A stretch of DNA of 55,597 bases from an uncultured Pseudomonadota bacterium (GTDB taxonomy: Bacteria; Babelota; Babeliae; Babelales; Vermiphilaceae), in NCBI GenBank assembly GCA_964595035.1, contig CAZQNW010000001.1:1-55597 (forward strand). The letters run 5' to 3'. The translations under genes were made by a program, and so were the position numbers. The notes beneath the pieces were generated by a model. It made no database searches and had not been told where the DNA came from. It worked only from the letters and a program-made list of their open reading frames with translations. The number at the start of each line of letters is the position of its first letter. The first letter of the stretch is position 1. Shown here piece by piece: positions 18,102-29,030 of the stretch.

Positions 18102-20165
18102 ATGAGCGAGAAATTAAATAATTATCGAAATATTGGTATTGCCGCACACATCGATGCTGGTAAAACAACGGTAAGTGAACGTATTCTCTATTATACCGGC
18201 ATTTCTCATAAAATCGGTGAGGTTCATGAGGGAACGGCAACGATGGATTGGATGGAGCAGGAGCGTGAAAGAGGTATTACTATTACCTCTGCAGCAACGA
18301 CTTGTTTCTGGAAAGGGTTTCGCATAAATCTTATTGATACTCCGGGGCACGTTGACTTTACTATTGAAGTAGGACGTTCATTGCGTGTGCTTGATGGTGT
18401 AGTTGCAGTTTTTTGCGGTGTAGCTGGTGTTCAGCCTCAGTCAGAAACTGTTTGGCGTCAAGCTAATCGTTATAAAGTTCCTCGTATTATTTTTGTTAAC
18501 AAACTGGATCGTATTGGTGCTGATTATTTACGTGTCGTTTCCGATATAAACAATAAGCTTGGTGCGCGAGCAATTGCTATGCAAATGCAAGTTGGATATT
18601 CAGACGAATTCTCTGGTATCATTGACTTGTTAACGATGAAAATGGCTGAATTTACGGGTGAAATGGGATCTACGGTTACGTGGTCTGAAGTACCCAAAGA
18701 ATTTGTTGCTCAAGCTCAAGAGCTTCGCCATAAGATAGTTGAGGCTGCGGCTGATTTTGATGATGAGGTTGCAGAGAAGTTTATCAATGAAGAACCTATT
18801 TCTATCGAAGAAATTAAGCGTGGGTTACGCAAAGGCGTTATTGCAAGAAAATTGGTTTTAGCTTTTGGTGGAAGCGCTTTTAAGAATAAGGGTATTCAGC
18901 TGGTTCTTGATGCTGTCGTTGATTATTTGCCATCTCCTATTGATGTTCCTGCTATTGAAGGCGTTGATACGAAGACCGGAGAAACGGTAAGTGTCCCTTC
19001 TGAAATTGATGCGCCATTTTGTGGGTTAATTTTTAAAATTATGACGGATCCTTTTGTTGGTGTATTAAATTTCGTTCGTGTTTATTCTGGTACTTTAAAA
19101 TCTGGCTCATATGTATATAATGTGAGAACCGGTTCTAAAGAGCGTATTTCGCGTCTTATAAAAATGCATGCCAATAAGCGTGAAGAAATTACTGAAGTTC
19201 ATGCTGGTGATATTGCTGCAATGGTTGGTGTTAAAGACTCAATAACCGGCGATTCTCTGTGCAGTGAAGAGCGAATGGTCGCTCTGGAATCTATTGATAT
19301 TCCTGAAGCCGTTATTTCGACATCAATCGAGCCAAAAGATAAGTCTGATTATGAAAAAATGGGGCTTGCTTTACGTAAGTTGATGCAAGAAGATCCTTCA
19401 TTCCGTTATACCTATAATGAAGAAACAGGTCAAACGGTTATTAAGGGTATGGGCGAACTGCATTTGGAAATTATCGTTGATCGACTAAGACGAGAGCACA
19501 AAATTGATGCTGTTCAAGGTAAGCTTCAGGTTGCTTATCGTGAGACGATTCAAAAGCCTACGCGCGTTGAGGGTAAATTTATTCGTCAGTCTGGTGGACG
19601 TGGTCAATATGGTCATGTTTGGTTGGAACTTGAACCTCTCGAACGTGGAAAAGGCTACATATTTGAAAATAAGATCGTAGGTGGAACGATTCCGCGTGAA
19701 TATATTCCTGGTGTCGAAAAAGGGCTTGAAGAGTCTTTGGCTTCAGGTGTGCTTGGCGGTTATCCTGTTGTAGATATTAAAGTATCTCTTGTTGATGGTT
19801 CGTACCATGAAGTCGACTCTTCTGAAATCGCATTTAAGATTGCGGCTTCTATGGCATTCAAGTCTGGTTGCTCTCAAGCATCACCTGTGCTTTTAGAGCC
19901 AATTATGAGCGTTGAAGTCGAAACACCAGAAGAGAATATGGGCGACGTTATGGGTGATTTAAATTCACGTCGTGGAAGAATATCTGGTATGGAAGATAAA
20001 GGGGCCAGCAAGGTCATAACTGCTGAAGTGCCGCTGGGTGAAATGTTTGGATATTCCACAGATTTGCGTTCTATGACAAAAGGACGTGCTAATTACACGA
20101 TGGAATTTAAGCATTATCAAGAAGTTCCAAGTAACGTTGCTAAGGCTATTATTGAGAAGAAGTAG
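18102..20165 (+). CDS. fusA: Elongation factor G
   Basis: [26 protein letters not shown] GTPase motifs. ORF track starts at GTG 18084; ATG 18102 is preferred. Confidence 0.96.
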   Translation: MSEKLNNYRNIGIAAHIDAGKTTVSERILYYTGISHKIGEVHEGTATMDWMEQERERGITITSAATTCFWKGFRINLIDTPGHVDFTIEVGRSLRVLDGVVAVFCGVAGVQPQSETVWRQANRYKVPRIIFVNKLDRIGADYLRVVSDINNKLGARAIAMQMQVGYSDEFSGIIDLLTMKMAEFTGEMGSTVTWSEVPKEFVAQAQELRHKIVEAAADFDDEVAEKFINEEPISIEEIKRGLRKGVIARKLVLAFGGSAFKNKGIQLVLDAVVDYLPSPIDVPAIEGVDTKTGETVSVPSEIDAPFCGLIFKIMTDPFVGVLNFVRVYSGTLKSGSYVYNVRTGSKERISRLIKMHANKREEITEVHAGDIAAMVGVKDSITGDSLCSEERMVALESIDIPEAVISTSIEPKDKSDYEKMGLALRKLMQEDPSFRYTYNEETGQTVIKGMGELHLEIIVDRLRREHKIDAVQGKLQVAYRETIQKPTRVEGKFIRQSGGRGQYGHVWLELEPLERGKGYIFENKIVGGTIPREYIPGVEKGLEESLASGVLGGYPVVDIKVSLVDGSYHEVDSSEIAFKIAASMAFKSGCSQASPVLLEPIMSVEVETPEENMGDVMGDLNSRRGRISGMEDKGASKVITAEVPLGEMFGYSTDLRSMTKGRANYTMEFKHYQEVPSNVAKAIIEKK

Positions 20166-20201
20166 ATTGTTATTTTTAGAGGTGTTTTGGGAGTAAATAC
20201 A

Positions 20202-21392
20202 ATGGCAAAAGGTGTTTTCGAACGTAAAAAACCGCATGTTAACGTTGGTACAATTGGTCACGTAGATCACGGTAAAACAACGTTAACCTCTGCAATTACG
20301 ACCTATTTAGCTGAAAAGGGTCAAGCAGAAAAGAGAACGTATGATTCTATTGATGCTGCTCCAGAAGAAAAGGCTCGTGGTATTACAATTGCGACAGCGC
20401 ATGTAGAATATGAAACGGCAAAACGTCACTATGCACATATCGACTGCCCAGGTCATGCTGACTATGTAAAAAACATGATTACCGGTGCAGCTCAAATGGA
20501 TGGTGCTATTTTGGTTGTTTCTGCGGCTGATGGTGCTATGCCTCAGACTCGTGAGCATATCGTTTTAGCAAAAAACGTTAACGTGCCTGCGTTGGTCGTT
20601 TTCTTAAATAAAGTGGATATGGTCGATGATCCTGAAATGATCGATATGGTTGAAGAAGAAGTTCGTGATTTACTAAAGAAATATGACTTTCCAGGAGATG
20701 AAATTCCATTCATCCGTGGTTCTGCTTTAAAGGCAGCTGAGGGTGATCAGGGTGAAATGGGTTATCAAGCTATCCAAAAATTGTTGGATGCATTGGATTC
20801 CTATATTCCAGAACCTAAACGTGAAATCGATAAACCTTTCTTAATGCCGGTTGAAGGTGTGTTCTCAATTTCCGGTCGTGGTACTGTTGCGACAGGTCGT
20901 ATTGAGACTGGCAAGGTTAAGGTTGGCCAAGAAGTTGAAATCATTGGATTTGGTAAAAAGGAAAAGACTACGGTTACGGGCGTTGAAATGTTCCGTAAGA
21001 TTCTTGACGAAGGTCAAGCTGGTGATAACGTAGGACTTTTACTTCGTGGTACTAAAAAGGAGGATGTTGAACGTGGTATGGTTATTGCAGCTCCAGGTTC
21101 AATTACTCCTCATAAAAAATTTAAGTGTAAAGCTTATATTTTAACCAAAGATGAAGGTGGACGTCATAGCCCGTTCTTCAATGGTTACAGACCTCAATTT
21201 TATTTTAGAACTACTGATGTTACCGGTGTGGTTACTTTAGAACCAGGCCGTGAAATGGTTATGCCAGGTGATAACGTTGAATTGTCTGTTGAATTGATTT
21301 CTCCAGTTGCTATGGACAAGGATTTACGTTTTGCAATTCGTGAAGGTGGTCGTACAGTTGGGTCTGGTATTGTAACTCAGATTATAGAATAA
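20202..21392 (+). CDS. tuf: Elongation factor Tu
   Basis: [39 protein letters not shown]; ATG 20202 matches the canonical EF-Tu N-terminus. Confidence 0.97.
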   Translation: MAKGVFERKKPHVNVGTIGHVDHGKTTLTSAITTYLAEKGQAEKRTYDSIDAAPEEKARGITIATAHVEYETAKRHYAHIDCPGHADYVKNMITGAAQMDGAILVVSAADGAMPQTREHIVLAKNVNVPALVVFLNKVDMVDDPEMIDMVEEEVRDLLKKYDFPGDEIPFIRGSALKAAEGDQGEMGYQAIQKLLDALDSYIPEPKREIDKPFLMPVEGVFSISGRGTVATGRIETGKVKVGQEVEIIGFGKKEKTTVTGVEMFRKILDEGQAGDNVGLLLRGTKKEDVERGMVIAAPGSITPHKKFKCKAYILTKDEGGRHSPFFNGYRPQFYFRTTDVTGVVTLEPGREMVMPGDNVELSVELISPVAMDKDLRFAIREGGRTVGSGIVTQIIE

Positions 21393-21409
21393 CGTAGCTT
21401 AGGTGTTCA

Positions 21410-21715
21410 ATGAACAAGCAGAAGATTAGATTAACTTTAAAATCATATGATCATCAGCTACTAGATAAAGCTGTTAAGCTTATTGTTTCGACAGTTAAAA
21501 GGACAGGTTCGCAATTAGTGGGACCTGTCCCACTTCCAAATAAGCGTCGTTGTTTCACAGTGTTGCGTTCTCCTCACATTGATAAAAAATCGCGTGAGCA
21601 ATTCGAATTGACAACACACAGGCGTATTTTGGATATAGTAGCTCCATCCGATCAGACGATGGACGCACTGATGAAGTTGAACATATCGTCTGGCGTTGAT
21701 GTTGAGATTAAATAG
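21410..21715 (+). CDS. rpsJ: 30S ribosomal protein S10
   Basis: 101 aa; [15 protein letters not shown]..., [15 protein letters not shown]. Confidence 0.96.
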   Translation: MNKQKIRLTLKSYDHQLLDKAVKLIVSTVKRTGSQLVGPVPLPNKRRCFTVLRSPHIDKKSREQFELTTHRRILDIVAPSDQTMDALMKLNISSGVDVEIK

Positions 21716-21732
21716 TGGTGAAAGGTCATTCA

Positions 21733-22350
21733 ATGGTTACAGGGTTCTGGGGAAAAAAGATAGGAATGACCCAGGTATTTGTTGAAGGAAAAGTAATTCC
21801 CGTAACAGTAATTGATGCTGGTAATTGGTTTATTACTAATATTCGCACAAAAGATCGTGATGGGTACAATGCGATCCAAGTAGGGTATTTAAAGGATAGG
21901 TATATTGGGGAGTCTTTTTCAGTAGATTGGCTGAGAAACTTGAAAAAATACTTTTCTTTTGTTCGTGAAGTTAAAGTTGAAGGTGATATGCCTGAGTTAT
22001 CATTAGGGCAGCCTGCTGATGCATTTACTTTCTTTCAACAAGGTGACAAGGTTGATGTTTCTGGTATGACAAAGGGTTGTGGCTTTGCTGGTGTAGTAAG
22101 AAGACATCGTTTTGCGGGCCCTCCAGGAAGTCATGGTTCTAATATGGGAAATAAACCTGGATCGTTAAGCTTTATGCGTCGTCAAGGTCGTATTATTAAA
22201 GGTAAGCGTATGCCTGGTCATATGGGCGATGTTTGGCGTATGATGCGTAATCTTCAGGTTGTTAGAGTAGAGCCAGAAGCAGGGGTTGTGTTGGTTAAAG
22301 GTGCAGTGCCAGGAAAAGCCGGCTCGTTCTTGCGAGTGCTCAAGGCATAG
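21733..22350 (+). CDS. rplC: 50S ribosomal protein L3
   Basis: GKKIGMTQVF near the N-terminus; ATG 21733 is preferred over the GTG 21715 track start. Confidence 0.94.
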   Translation: MVTGFWGKKIGMTQVFVEGKVIPVTVIDAGNWFITNIRTKDRDGYNAIQVGYLKDRYIGESFSVDWLRNLKKYFSFVREVKVEGDMPELSLGQPADAFTFFQQGDKVDVSGMTKGCGFAGVVRRHRFAGPPGSHGSNMGNKPGSLSFMRRQGRIIKGKRMPGHMGDVWRMMRNLQVVRVEPEAGVVLVKGAVPGKAGSFLRVLKA

Positions 22351-22369
22351 CTAAAGTTAGGTGAACAGA

Positions 22370-23017
22370 ATGTCTAAAGTGCAAGAAATGCAAAATGATA
22401 TTGCAAAAAACGTTTCCTTGCAGGACTTAGGTCTAGATAGCTCTGCTAAGAAACTTGTATCGGAGCGCGGTTTTTCGATGGTAATCCGCACATTGTTGCA
22501 AAATTGGCGACAAGGTACAGTTGCGTGTAAAGAGCGTGGTGATGTTGTTTCTAGGTCCAATAAAAAGCCTTGGAAACAAAAAGGAACTGGTCGTGCTCGT
22601 GCAGGGTCTCCCCGTTCTCCTATTTGGAGAGGCGGTGGTGTAACATTTGGTCCTCATGCGCGAACTCGTACTTTAAGTGTACCTGCTCAATTAAAAAGAA
22701 ATGTTTGCAATAATCTTCTTTTTGATTTTATTGAGAATAATAGTGTTTTTTGTTTGAATTGGCAGCTCGAAGGGGATAAACCTCAAACATCTGCTGTTTA
22801 CAACATACTTAAATCTGCATCGTTAGCAGGAAAAAAGATTGTATTGTTTGTTTCTGTTGATGATGTGTTAATGCATGCCTCATGTATTAATATCCCTGGT
22901 ATTAAATTGTTATCATTTGATCAATCTAATGCATATGACCTGGCAGACAGTGATTGTTGGGTGTTTATGCAAAAAGATATTGATCTTTTTAAGGAAATGG
23001 TTGCGCAATGGATTTAA
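22370..23017 (+). CDS. rplD: 50S ribosomal protein L4
   Basis: [31 protein letters not shown]; AGGTG RBS before ATG 22370 (track start is GTG 22361). Confidence 0.94.
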   Translation: MSKVQEMQNDIAKNVSLQDLGLDSSAKKLVSERGFSMVIRTLLQNWRQGTVACKERGDVVSRSNKKPWKQKGTGRARAGSPRSPIWRGGGVTFGPHARTRTLSVPAQLKRNVCNNLLFDFIENNSVFCLNWQLEGDKPQTSAVYNILKSASLAGKKIVLFVSVDDVLMHASCINIPGIKLLSFDQSNAYDLADSDCWVFMQKDIDLFKEMVAQWI

Positions 23018-23349
23018 GTATATATGACATTATCCAAGGCCCTGTAGTTACCGACAAGGCTTTTCGGTTAAATCAAAACCAAAAGAAACTTGTTTTGCGA
23101 GTTCATCCAAAAGCAAACAAACCATTGGTTGCGGAAGCTCTTGAAAAGTTATTTGATGTTAAGGTTGATAATGTTCGCATTATTGTTCGTAAAGGCAAGT
23201 TTCGCAAGTCACGTCGAGGACGTGTAATGACTCAAGGTGCCACGATCAAAAAGGCGATTGTTACCTTAGCTACGGGGCATAGTCTTGATCTATTTGATCA
23301 AGCTGGTAAAGTTTCCGCTTTGGCAGAAAAAGAGACAAAAGCTGAATAA
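23008..23349 (+). CDS. rplW: 50S ribosomal protein L23
   Basis: 113 aa; [12 protein letters not shown]..., position between L4 and L2; 10-nt overlap with rplD. Confidence 0.93.
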   Translation: MDLSIYDIIQGPVVTDKAFRLNQNQKKLVLRVHPKANKPLVAEALEKLFDVKVDNVRIIVRKGKFRKSRRGRVMTQGATIKKAIVTLATGHSLDLFDQAGKVSALAEKETKAE

Positions 23350-23366
23350 TCAGGTAGGGATTTGCA

Positions 23367-24188
23367 ATGGCAATAATAAGTAGAAAACCACGAAATTCAT
23401 CGTTGCGTTTTCAGAGTTTTTTAAGTTCTAATGATATAACGCACGATAAGCCTGAACGTTCGCTTGTAACTGGTTTACGTCGGAAAGGTGGTCGTAACTC
23501 TTATGGTCGTATTACTGTACGTCATAGAGGTGGTGGTGCGTTAACTAAATATCGCATTGTAGATTTTAAGCGTACTGTGCGTGATATACCCGGAAAAGTT
23601 ACGACAGTTGAGTATGATCCTAATCGTAATGTTCGTGTTGGCTTGATCGTATTCAAAAATGGTGCAAAAACTTATAATATTTTGCCTGAAGGTGTCCAAA
23701 TTGGTATGGATATTATGGCTGGAGTTAATGCTGAGGTTCGTATTGGCAATTCTATGCCTTTACGTAATATACCTGTAGGTTTTACAGTATATAATATCGA
23801 AATTACTCCGGGTTCTGGCGGAAAATTTGCACGCAGTGCGGGTACATCTGCCCAGTTGGTGGCAAAAGATGACTCTTATGCAACCCTTAAAATGCCATCA
23901 AGTGAAATTAGAATGGTACCTTTGGATTGTTGGGCGTCTATTGGTGTTTTAGGAAATGCTGATTACAAAAATATCAACTGGGGTAAGGCAGGAAGGACTC
24001 GCCATCGTGGATTTAGACCATCAGTTCGTGGTATGGCGATGAATCCTGTTGACCATCCACACGGTGGTGGTGAGGGCCGATCAAAATCTGGATCACATCC
24101 AATGACTCCATGGGGTAAGGGTTGTAAAGGAACCAAGACTCGTGTGAGAAAGAATTTATTGATTTTAAAGAGACGTAAGGATAAATAG
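23367..24188 (+). CDS. rplB: 50S ribosomal protein L2
   Basis: 273 aa; GRNSYGRITVRHRGGG, MNPVDHPHGGGEGR. Confidence 0.97.
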   Translation: MAIISRKPRNSSLRFQSFLSSNDITHDKPERSLVTGLRRKGGRNSYGRITVRHRGGGALTKYRIVDFKRTVRDIPGKVTTVEYDPNRNVRVGLIVFKNGAKTYNILPEGVQIGMDIMAGVNAEVRIGNSMPLRNIPVGFTVYNIEITPGSGGKFARSAGTSAQLVAKDDSYATLKMPSSEIRMVPLDCWASIGVLGNADYKNINWGKAGRTRHRGFRPSVRGMAMNPVDHPHGGGEGRSKSGSHPMTPWGKGCKGTKTRVRKNLLILKRRKDK

Positions 24189-24205
24189 TTTAAACAGGTG
24201 TAACT

Positions 24206-24493
24206 ATGACAAGATCGGCTAAAAAAGGTCCATATGTACAACCGTCGCTTCAGGATAAGATTTCAAAAATGAGAGCGAGCGGCAAAAAAGAAGTTATAAA
24301 AACTTGGTCCCGCAGGAGTATGATTACGCCTGAGTTTATAGGGTTGACTTTTGCAATACATAATGGAAAAAAATTTGTATCGGTGTTTGTTTCTGAGAAT
24401 ATGGTAGGACATTATCTTGGAGAATTTGCACCAACAAGGACATTTAGGTTGCATAGTGGCCAACGAAAAGCTGGTGCGGAACAGCCTTCATAA
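24206..24493 (+). CDS. rpsS: 30S ribosomal protein S19
   Basis: 95 aa; [36 protein letters not shown]. Confidence 0.96.
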   Translation: MTRSAKKGPYVQPSLQDKISKMRASGKKEVIKTWSRRSMITPEFIGLTFAIHNGKKFVSVFVSENMVGHYLGEFAPTRTFRLHSGQRKAGAEQPS

Positions 24494-24576
24494 AAAAGGT
24501 TGCTTCTGGCCGATATTTTGGTAAACTATACAATTAATAATTAAATTAATTTAATGTGTAACATGAGGTTTCATCC

Positions 24577-24927
24577 ATGAGAAGGTTTGTCGCAAAAACA
24601 AAATATGTGCACTTTTCACCCTATAAATTGCGTTTGATAGTAAATGCAATACGTGGAAAGGATGCTGTGTATGCGTTAAACGTACTAAAAACAGCAGCCT
24701 GTCGCCGTGCGGTTCCTGTTCGTAAAATGATTGAGTCTGCAGTGGCGAACGCAAAATATTTGCGCAATGTTGATGCTGACAAGCTTATAATTAAGGATCT
24801 GCGGGTCGATCAAGGCCCCATGTTCCGTTACTATAAGCCAGGAGCAATGGGACGTTCGACTATTCAGCGAAAACGGCTCAGTCATTTGCGTGTTGTTTTA
24901 GAAAGTATTGATGACAAAGAGGTTTAG
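24577..24927 (+). CDS. rplV: 50S ribosomal protein L22
   Basis: 116 aa; SPYKLRLIVNAIRGK..., IKDLRVDQGPMFRYYKPGAMGRSTIQRKRLSHLRVVL. Confidence 0.95.
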   Translation: MRRFVAKTKYVHFSPYKLRLIVNAIRGKDAVYALNVLKTAACRRAVPVRKMIESAVANAKYLRNVDADKLIIKDLRVDQGPMFRYYKPGAMGRSTIQRKRLSHLRVVLESIDDKEV

Positions 24928-24928
24928 T

Positions 24929-25561
24929 GTGGGACAGAAGGTAAACCCAGTGGGTTTTCGGGTAGGTGTATATAGGGATTGGGATTCGCGTTGGTTTGCG
25001 CGTGATTCTTATGGTAAACAGGTTTTAGAAGATATTGAAATACGTAAATATCTGGAATCTTCCCTTGAAAACGCTGAAATATCTCGTATAGAAATTGAAA
25101 AGGCTGGCGATAATGTTCGCGTTATCTTACGATCCGGAAGACCGGGTGTAATTATTGGTAAACGTGGACAAGAAATTGAATCTTTAAGGTCTGAATTAGG
25201 TTCTCGGTTAAACAAAAAGAATATTGATATTTCAGTACAGGAAGTTAAACAGCCTGAATTAGATGCTGTATTAGTTGCAAAAAACATAGCTTCGCAGCTT
25301 GTAAAGCGTGCAAGTTATAAAAAAGCAATGAAGCGTGCTGCTGAATCTGCAATGCGAGCTGGAGCAAAAGGAATTAAGATATGCTGTGCGGGTAGATTGC
25401 AAGGTGCGGAAATAGCCCGTGATGAATGGGTTATAATTGGATCAGTTCCATTGCATACACTGCGTTCAGATATTGACTATGCTTTGGCAGAAGCTCATAC
25501 AACGTATGGCGTCATAGGTGTTCAGGTGTGGATTTGTAAAGGCGATTACCGAAGAGCCTAG
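24929..25561 (+). CDS. rpsC: 30S ribosomal protein S3
   Basis: GQKVNPVGFRVG N-terminus, KH domain GVIIGKRGQEIESL. GTG 24929 with AAGAGG upstream is preferred over the ATG 24908 track start, which overlaps rplV. Confidence 0.93.
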   Translation: MGQKVNPVGFRVGVYRDWDSRWFARDSYGKQVLEDIEIRKYLESSLENAEISRIEIEKAGDNVRVILRSGRPGVIIGKRGQEIESLRSELGSRLNKKNIDISVQEVKQPELDAVLVAKNIASQLVKRASYKKAMKRAAESAMRAGAKGIKICCAGRLQGAEIARDEWVIIGSVPLHTLRSDIDYALAEAHTTYGVIGVQVWICKGDYRRA

Positions 25562-25585
25562 TTTTTAACGACGAGAGAATTAGCC

Positions 25586-26008
25586 ATGTTGATGCCTAAG
25601 AAAACTAAATTCAGAAAAGTGCAAAAAGGAAGAATGGGGGGTATATCTAAGGGAGCTCGTACGCTAGCTTTTGGTGAGTATGGCTTACAGGCGGAAGAAC
25701 CTGCTTGGATTACTGCGCAACAGTTGGAAGCTGTTCGTGTTACATTATCTCGAAAACTTAAGAAGGAGGGTGCTTTTTATTTAAGAGCTTTTCCGGATAA
25801 ACCAATCACCAAGAAGCCAGCTGAAACTCGTATGGGTAAAGGAAAAGGTGCTGTCGAGAAATGGGTAGCTGTAGTCAAGCGTGGTCGTGTTATTTGCGAA
25901 ATTGTAGGCGTAGACGAAAGCTCTGCTCGAGAATTATTGAAATTGGCTGCATATAAACTTCCTGTTAAAACAAAATTTGTGAAAAAAGGCCAAGAAGTAA
26001 CATTGTAA
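25586..26008 (+). CDS. rplP: 50S ribosomal protein L16
   Basis: 140 aa; [38 protein letters not shown]. Confidence 0.96.
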   Translation: MLMPKKTKFRKVQKGRMGGISKGARTLAFGEYGLQAEEPAWITAQQLEAVRVTLSRKLKKEGAFYLRAFPDKPITKKPAETRMGKGKGAVEKWVAVVKRGRVICEIVGVDESSARELLKLAAYKLPVKTKFVKKGQEVTL

Positions 26009-26013
26009 GTGAT

Positions 26014-26232
26014 ATGGGACATGAGATAATGAAAACACGTAATTTAAAAGAAGAACTTAAACAAGATAATGAGCAAGCTTTGGTGGCTAAGCTCGATACT
26101 GCGCGTCGTGAGTTATTTCGTATGAAGATTAACGTAGCAACTGCGCATGTTAAAGATTACTCTCAATTTAAGAAGAGTCGCCGTAATATTGCTCGTATCT
26201 TAACTTATTTGCGACAAAAGGCTTCTTTGTAA
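26014..26232 (+). CDS. rpmC: 50S ribosomal protein L29
   Basis: Helical 66-72 aa protein between L16 and S17 (LKEELKQ...[30 protein letters not shown]). Start uncertain: 26014 or 26029. Confidence 0.9.
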   Translation: MGHEIMKTRNLKEELKQDNEQALVAKLDTARRELFRMKINVATAHVKDYSQFKKSRRNIARILTYLRQKASL

Positions 26233-26253
26233 AAGGATATAAGAGGGTGTTTC

Positions 26254-26535
26254 ATGGCAAGTGAACAAAAGAAATCAGTTGGAAAAAATATATTAACAGG
26301 AACCGTAATTTCTGATAAAATGCAGAAAACAGTTGTCGTAGAAGTTGAGAGATCGTTTAGGCATCCTCTGTTTAACAAAACGGTACGTGTTAAAAGAAAA
26401 TTCAAGGTACATGACGAGCAAGAATTAGCAAAAGTTGGCGATGTTATAACCTTTGTTGAGGGACGGCCTGTTTCAAAGACGAAGTATATGTACCTCGATC
26501 GTATTGTGAGTTCATCATCATTGGGTAGCAGGTAG
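26254..26535 (+). CDS. rpsQ: 30S ribosomal protein S17
   Basis: 93 aa; LTGTVISDKMQKTVVVEVERSFRHPLFNKTVRVKRKFKVHD. Confidence 0.95.
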   Translation: MASEQKKSVGKNILTGTVISDKMQKTVVVEVERSFRHPLFNKTVRVKRKFKVHDEQELAKVGDVITFVEGRPVSKTKYMYLDRIVSSSSLGSR

Positions 26536-26544
26536 AGGTACTTT

Positions 26545-26928
26545 ATGATTCAAAAAGAAACCTATTTAGAGGTTGCCGATAATTCAGGAGCAAAAGAGTT
26601 GCAATGTTTCCATTTAATTGGAAGCACTGGAAAGCGTTACGCTTATTTGGGCGATACTATTATTTGCTCTGTAAAAAAAGCTATTCCTGGTGGATTGGTA
26701 AAAAAGGGTGACATTGTCACTGCGGTTATTGTCAGAACGAGAAAAGAATATCAGCGTGAAGATGGTAGTTATATTCGTTTTGGTGATAATGCTGCTGTTA
26801 TTATTAAGGGTGGCGACAAGGACGATGCTATGGAGCCTGTTGCGACTCGTATTTTTGGTCCAATTGCTCGCGAGATCAAGGATAAAGGTTATTCCAGTAT
26901 TGTGTCTAAAGCTCCAGAGGTTTTGTGA
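26545..26928 (+). CDS. rplN: 50S ribosomal protein L14
   Basis: 127 aa; [18 protein letters not shown]..., [11 protein letters not shown]. Confidence 0.96.
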   Translation: MIQKETYLEVADNSGAKELQCFHLIGSTGKRYAYLGDTIICSVKKAIPGGLVKKGDIVTAVIVRTRKEYQREDGSYIRFGDNAAVIIKGGDKDDAMEPVATRIFGPIAREIKDKGYSSIVSKAPEVL

Positions 26929-26937
26929 GGGGATCAT

Positions 26938-27249
26938 ATGGAACGAATTAAGAAGGGTGATGCCGTTTTGGTTATCGCTGGAAAAGATAAGGGTAAGCGA
27001 AGTACAGTGATCGAGGTTCATCCTGCAGATAATACTGTATTGGTAAAAGATGTTGGGATGATTGTTCGTCATGCCAAACCTCGCAAACAAGGCGACCAAG
27101 GTGGTATTAAACACAAAGAAAGTTTTTTACCATTATGTAAAGTAATGCCTATATGTTCTTCTTGTAATAAACCGTGTCGTGTTAATAGCAAGAAGCTAGA
27201 TGATAACAGGCATGTGCGTTTGTGTAATTTATGTAAAGAGATATTTTGA
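26938..27249 (+). CDS. rplX: 50S ribosomal protein L24 with Cys-rich (putative Zn-ribbon) C-terminal part
   Basis: 103 aa; KOW motif IKKGDAVLVIAGKDKGKRSTV. C-terminal 37 aa hold six Cys, including CSSC (aa 73-76) and CNLC (aa 96-99). Confidence 0.93.
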   Translation: MERIKKGDAVLVIAGKDKGKRSTVIEVHPADNTVLVKDVGMIVRHAKPRKQGDQGGIKHKESFLPLCKVMPICSSCNKPCRVNSKKLDDNRHVRLCNLCKEIF

Positions 27250-27267
27250 GGTGAGAGGCGATAAGCT

Positions 27268-27813
27268 ATGGAAAAGGCTCGACTAGAGGAATTATACAGC
27301 ACAACAATAAAGCCTCAATTACAAAAACAACTTGGTATCAAGAATGTAATGGAGGTGCCTAAGATCACTAAAATCGTCCTCAATGTAGGTGTTAAGGATG
27401 CAATTAGTGATAGTAAGGCGATTCAGTCTGTTTATGAAATACTAACTAAGATTTCTGGACAAGTTCCTGTAAAAACCTATGCGAAAAAGTCCATTGCGGG
27501 TTTTAAACTTCGCGAAGGCATGCCTATTGGGGTTAAAGTTACCTTGCGTGGGCAACGTATGTACGAGTTTTTGGATAGGTTAATCAATTTAGCGTTACCT
27601 AAGGTCCGTGACTTTCAGGGTGTTCCCTTTAAGTTCGATGGTCGTGGCAATTATAACTTAGGTATAAAAGAATGGATCATTTTCCCTGAGGTTGATTATG
27701 ATATTGGCAGTAAGATTCATGGCCTCAATGTTACGATCCATACTACTGCTCGTACAGATGAACGTGGGTTGGCGTTATTAGAAAATTTTGGTATGCCATT
27801 TCGTAGAAAATAA
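27268..27813 (+). CDS. rplE: 50S ribosomal protein L5
   Basis: 181 aa; [29 protein letters not shown]. Confidence 0.96.
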   Translation: MEKARLEELYSTTIKPQLQKQLGIKNVMEVPKITKIVLNVGVKDAISDSKAIQSVYEILTKISGQVPVKTYAKKSIAGFKLREGMPIGVKVTLRGQRMYEFLDRLINLALPKVRDFQGVPFKFDGRGNYNLGIKEWIIFPEVDYDIGSKIHGLNVTIHTTARTDERGLALLENFGMPFRRK

Positions 27814-27827
27814 TTGAGGTAGCAAGA

Positions 27828-28013
27828 ATGACAAGAAAAGCTCTGATGGAAAAATCAGAAAAGACCCCTAAATTTGCGGTACGCCGAAGAAATCGTTGTA
27901 AACTGTGTGGAAGACCGCGTGGTTATATGGGATTTTTTATGATGTGCCGACTTTGCTTTAGAAAGTATGCATTAGCAGGTGTTTTGCCTGGGGTTAAAAA
28001 GTCAAGTTGGTAG
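27828..28013 (+). CDS. rpsZ: 30S ribosomal protein S14 type Z (zinc-binding)
   Basis: 61 aa; [10 protein letters not shown]...CRLCFR (CxxC-x12-CxxC); ...KKSSW end. Confidence 0.95.
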   Translation: MTRKALMEKSEKTPKFAVRRRNRCKLCGRPRGYMGFFMMCRLCFRKYALAGVLPGVKKSSW

Positions 28014-28042
28014 GTTTGCTTTAAACATTGAGAGGAATAAGA

Positions 28043-28453
28043 ATGTCAATTGATACAATAGGTGATTTTTTGACTGCTATGCGCAACGCTTTATTGCGGG
28101 CAAAATCTTTTGTAATTGTGCCCCATTCCGGTTTAAAGCAAGCTGTTTTAGATACGCTTAAGGCTGAAGGTTTTATTCGTGATTATGCTGTAATAAGCGA
28201 AAATGATACGAAAAAAAGTCTTAAAATTTATTTAAAATATGTTGAAGGTGAATCAGTTATTCACGAGTTAGATCGAGTAAGTAAGCCTAGCTGTCGCCAA
28301 TATGCTCAAGTTGCAACAAAAGGCAAGCATAAAATCAAACCTGTTATAGGTGGGTTAGGTGTTTCTATTATTACAACAAGTCGCGGTGTCATGACCCATA
28401 AAAAAGCTAAAGAATTAGGTGTCGGTGGCGAAGTGATTTGTACAGTATGGTAA
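28043..28453 (+). CDS. rpsH: 30S ribosomal protein S8
   Basis: ATG 28043 gives MSIDTIGDFLTAMRNA; ...GGEVICTVW end. Confidence 0.95.
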   Translation: MSIDTIGDFLTAMRNALLRAKSFVIVPHSGLKQAVLDTLKAEGFIRDYAVISENDTKKSLKIYLKYVEGESVIHELDRVSKPSCRQYAQVATKGKHKIKPVIGGLGVSIITTSRGVMTHKKAKELGVGGEVICTVW

Positions 28454-28462
28454 GGTGAGATT

Positions 28463-29008
28463 ATGTCAAAGATAGGAAGAAAACCAATAACTCTTGGGAA
28501 CGTGCAGGTGCAGGTGCATAATCATACCGTTACGTATAAAGGGAAGAATGCTTCCGGTACCCATGAATTACCTGATTTTATTGACGCGCACGTTGATGGG
28601 AATCGTTTAACGTTAAATGTAGCTGAAGATTTGCGAGATCGTGATACAAGTCGTGTTTGGGGTTTGCATAGGGCGTTGCTTGCAAATGAGATTCATGGTG
28701 CAGATGTTGGTTTTGTAAAGCAGCTTCAAATAAATGGCTTGGGATTTAAAGCAGCTTTATCTGGGAATAAGGTTGTTTTTACGCTTGGTTATACTCATAA
28801 AATTGAATTGCCACTACCTAAAGAAGTTTCGTTGGAAATTGATAAAACTGGACAGTTATTGACCTTTAAATCTTTTGATAGAATGGTATTGGGTGAAGTT
28901 TGTGATAAGGTACGATCTTTTAGGGTACCGGAACCTTATAAAGGAACTGGAATTAAGTATTCTGACGAAGTGATTGTACGTAAAGCTGGGAAAACAAAAG
29001 CAGCATAA
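28463..29008 (+). CDS. rplF: 50S ribosomal protein L6
   Basis: 181 aa; MSKIGRKPI..., EPYKGTGIKYSDEVIVRKAGK. Confidence 0.96.
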   Translation: MSKIGRKPITLGNVQVQVHNHTVTYKGKNASGTHELPDFIDAHVDGNRLTLNVAEDLRDRDTSRVWGLHRALLANEIHGADVGFVKQLQINGLGFKAALSGNKVVFTLGYTHKIELPLPKEVSLEIDKTGQLLTFKSFDRMVLGEVCDKVRSFRVPEPYKGTGIKYSDEVIVRKAGKTKAA

Positions 29009-29030
29009 ATATTAACATAATGGATAGACC

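Noticed and set aside
26614-27114. 166-aa minus-strand ORF and a 100-aa + alternate-frame ORF (26708-27010) within rplN/rplX.
   Set aside because: They lie inside highly conserved ribosomal protein genes. Their composition (N/S/I/F-rich) is typical of off-frame translation of AT-rich coding DNA. The same applies to the other antisense or alternate-frame ORFs in the track.
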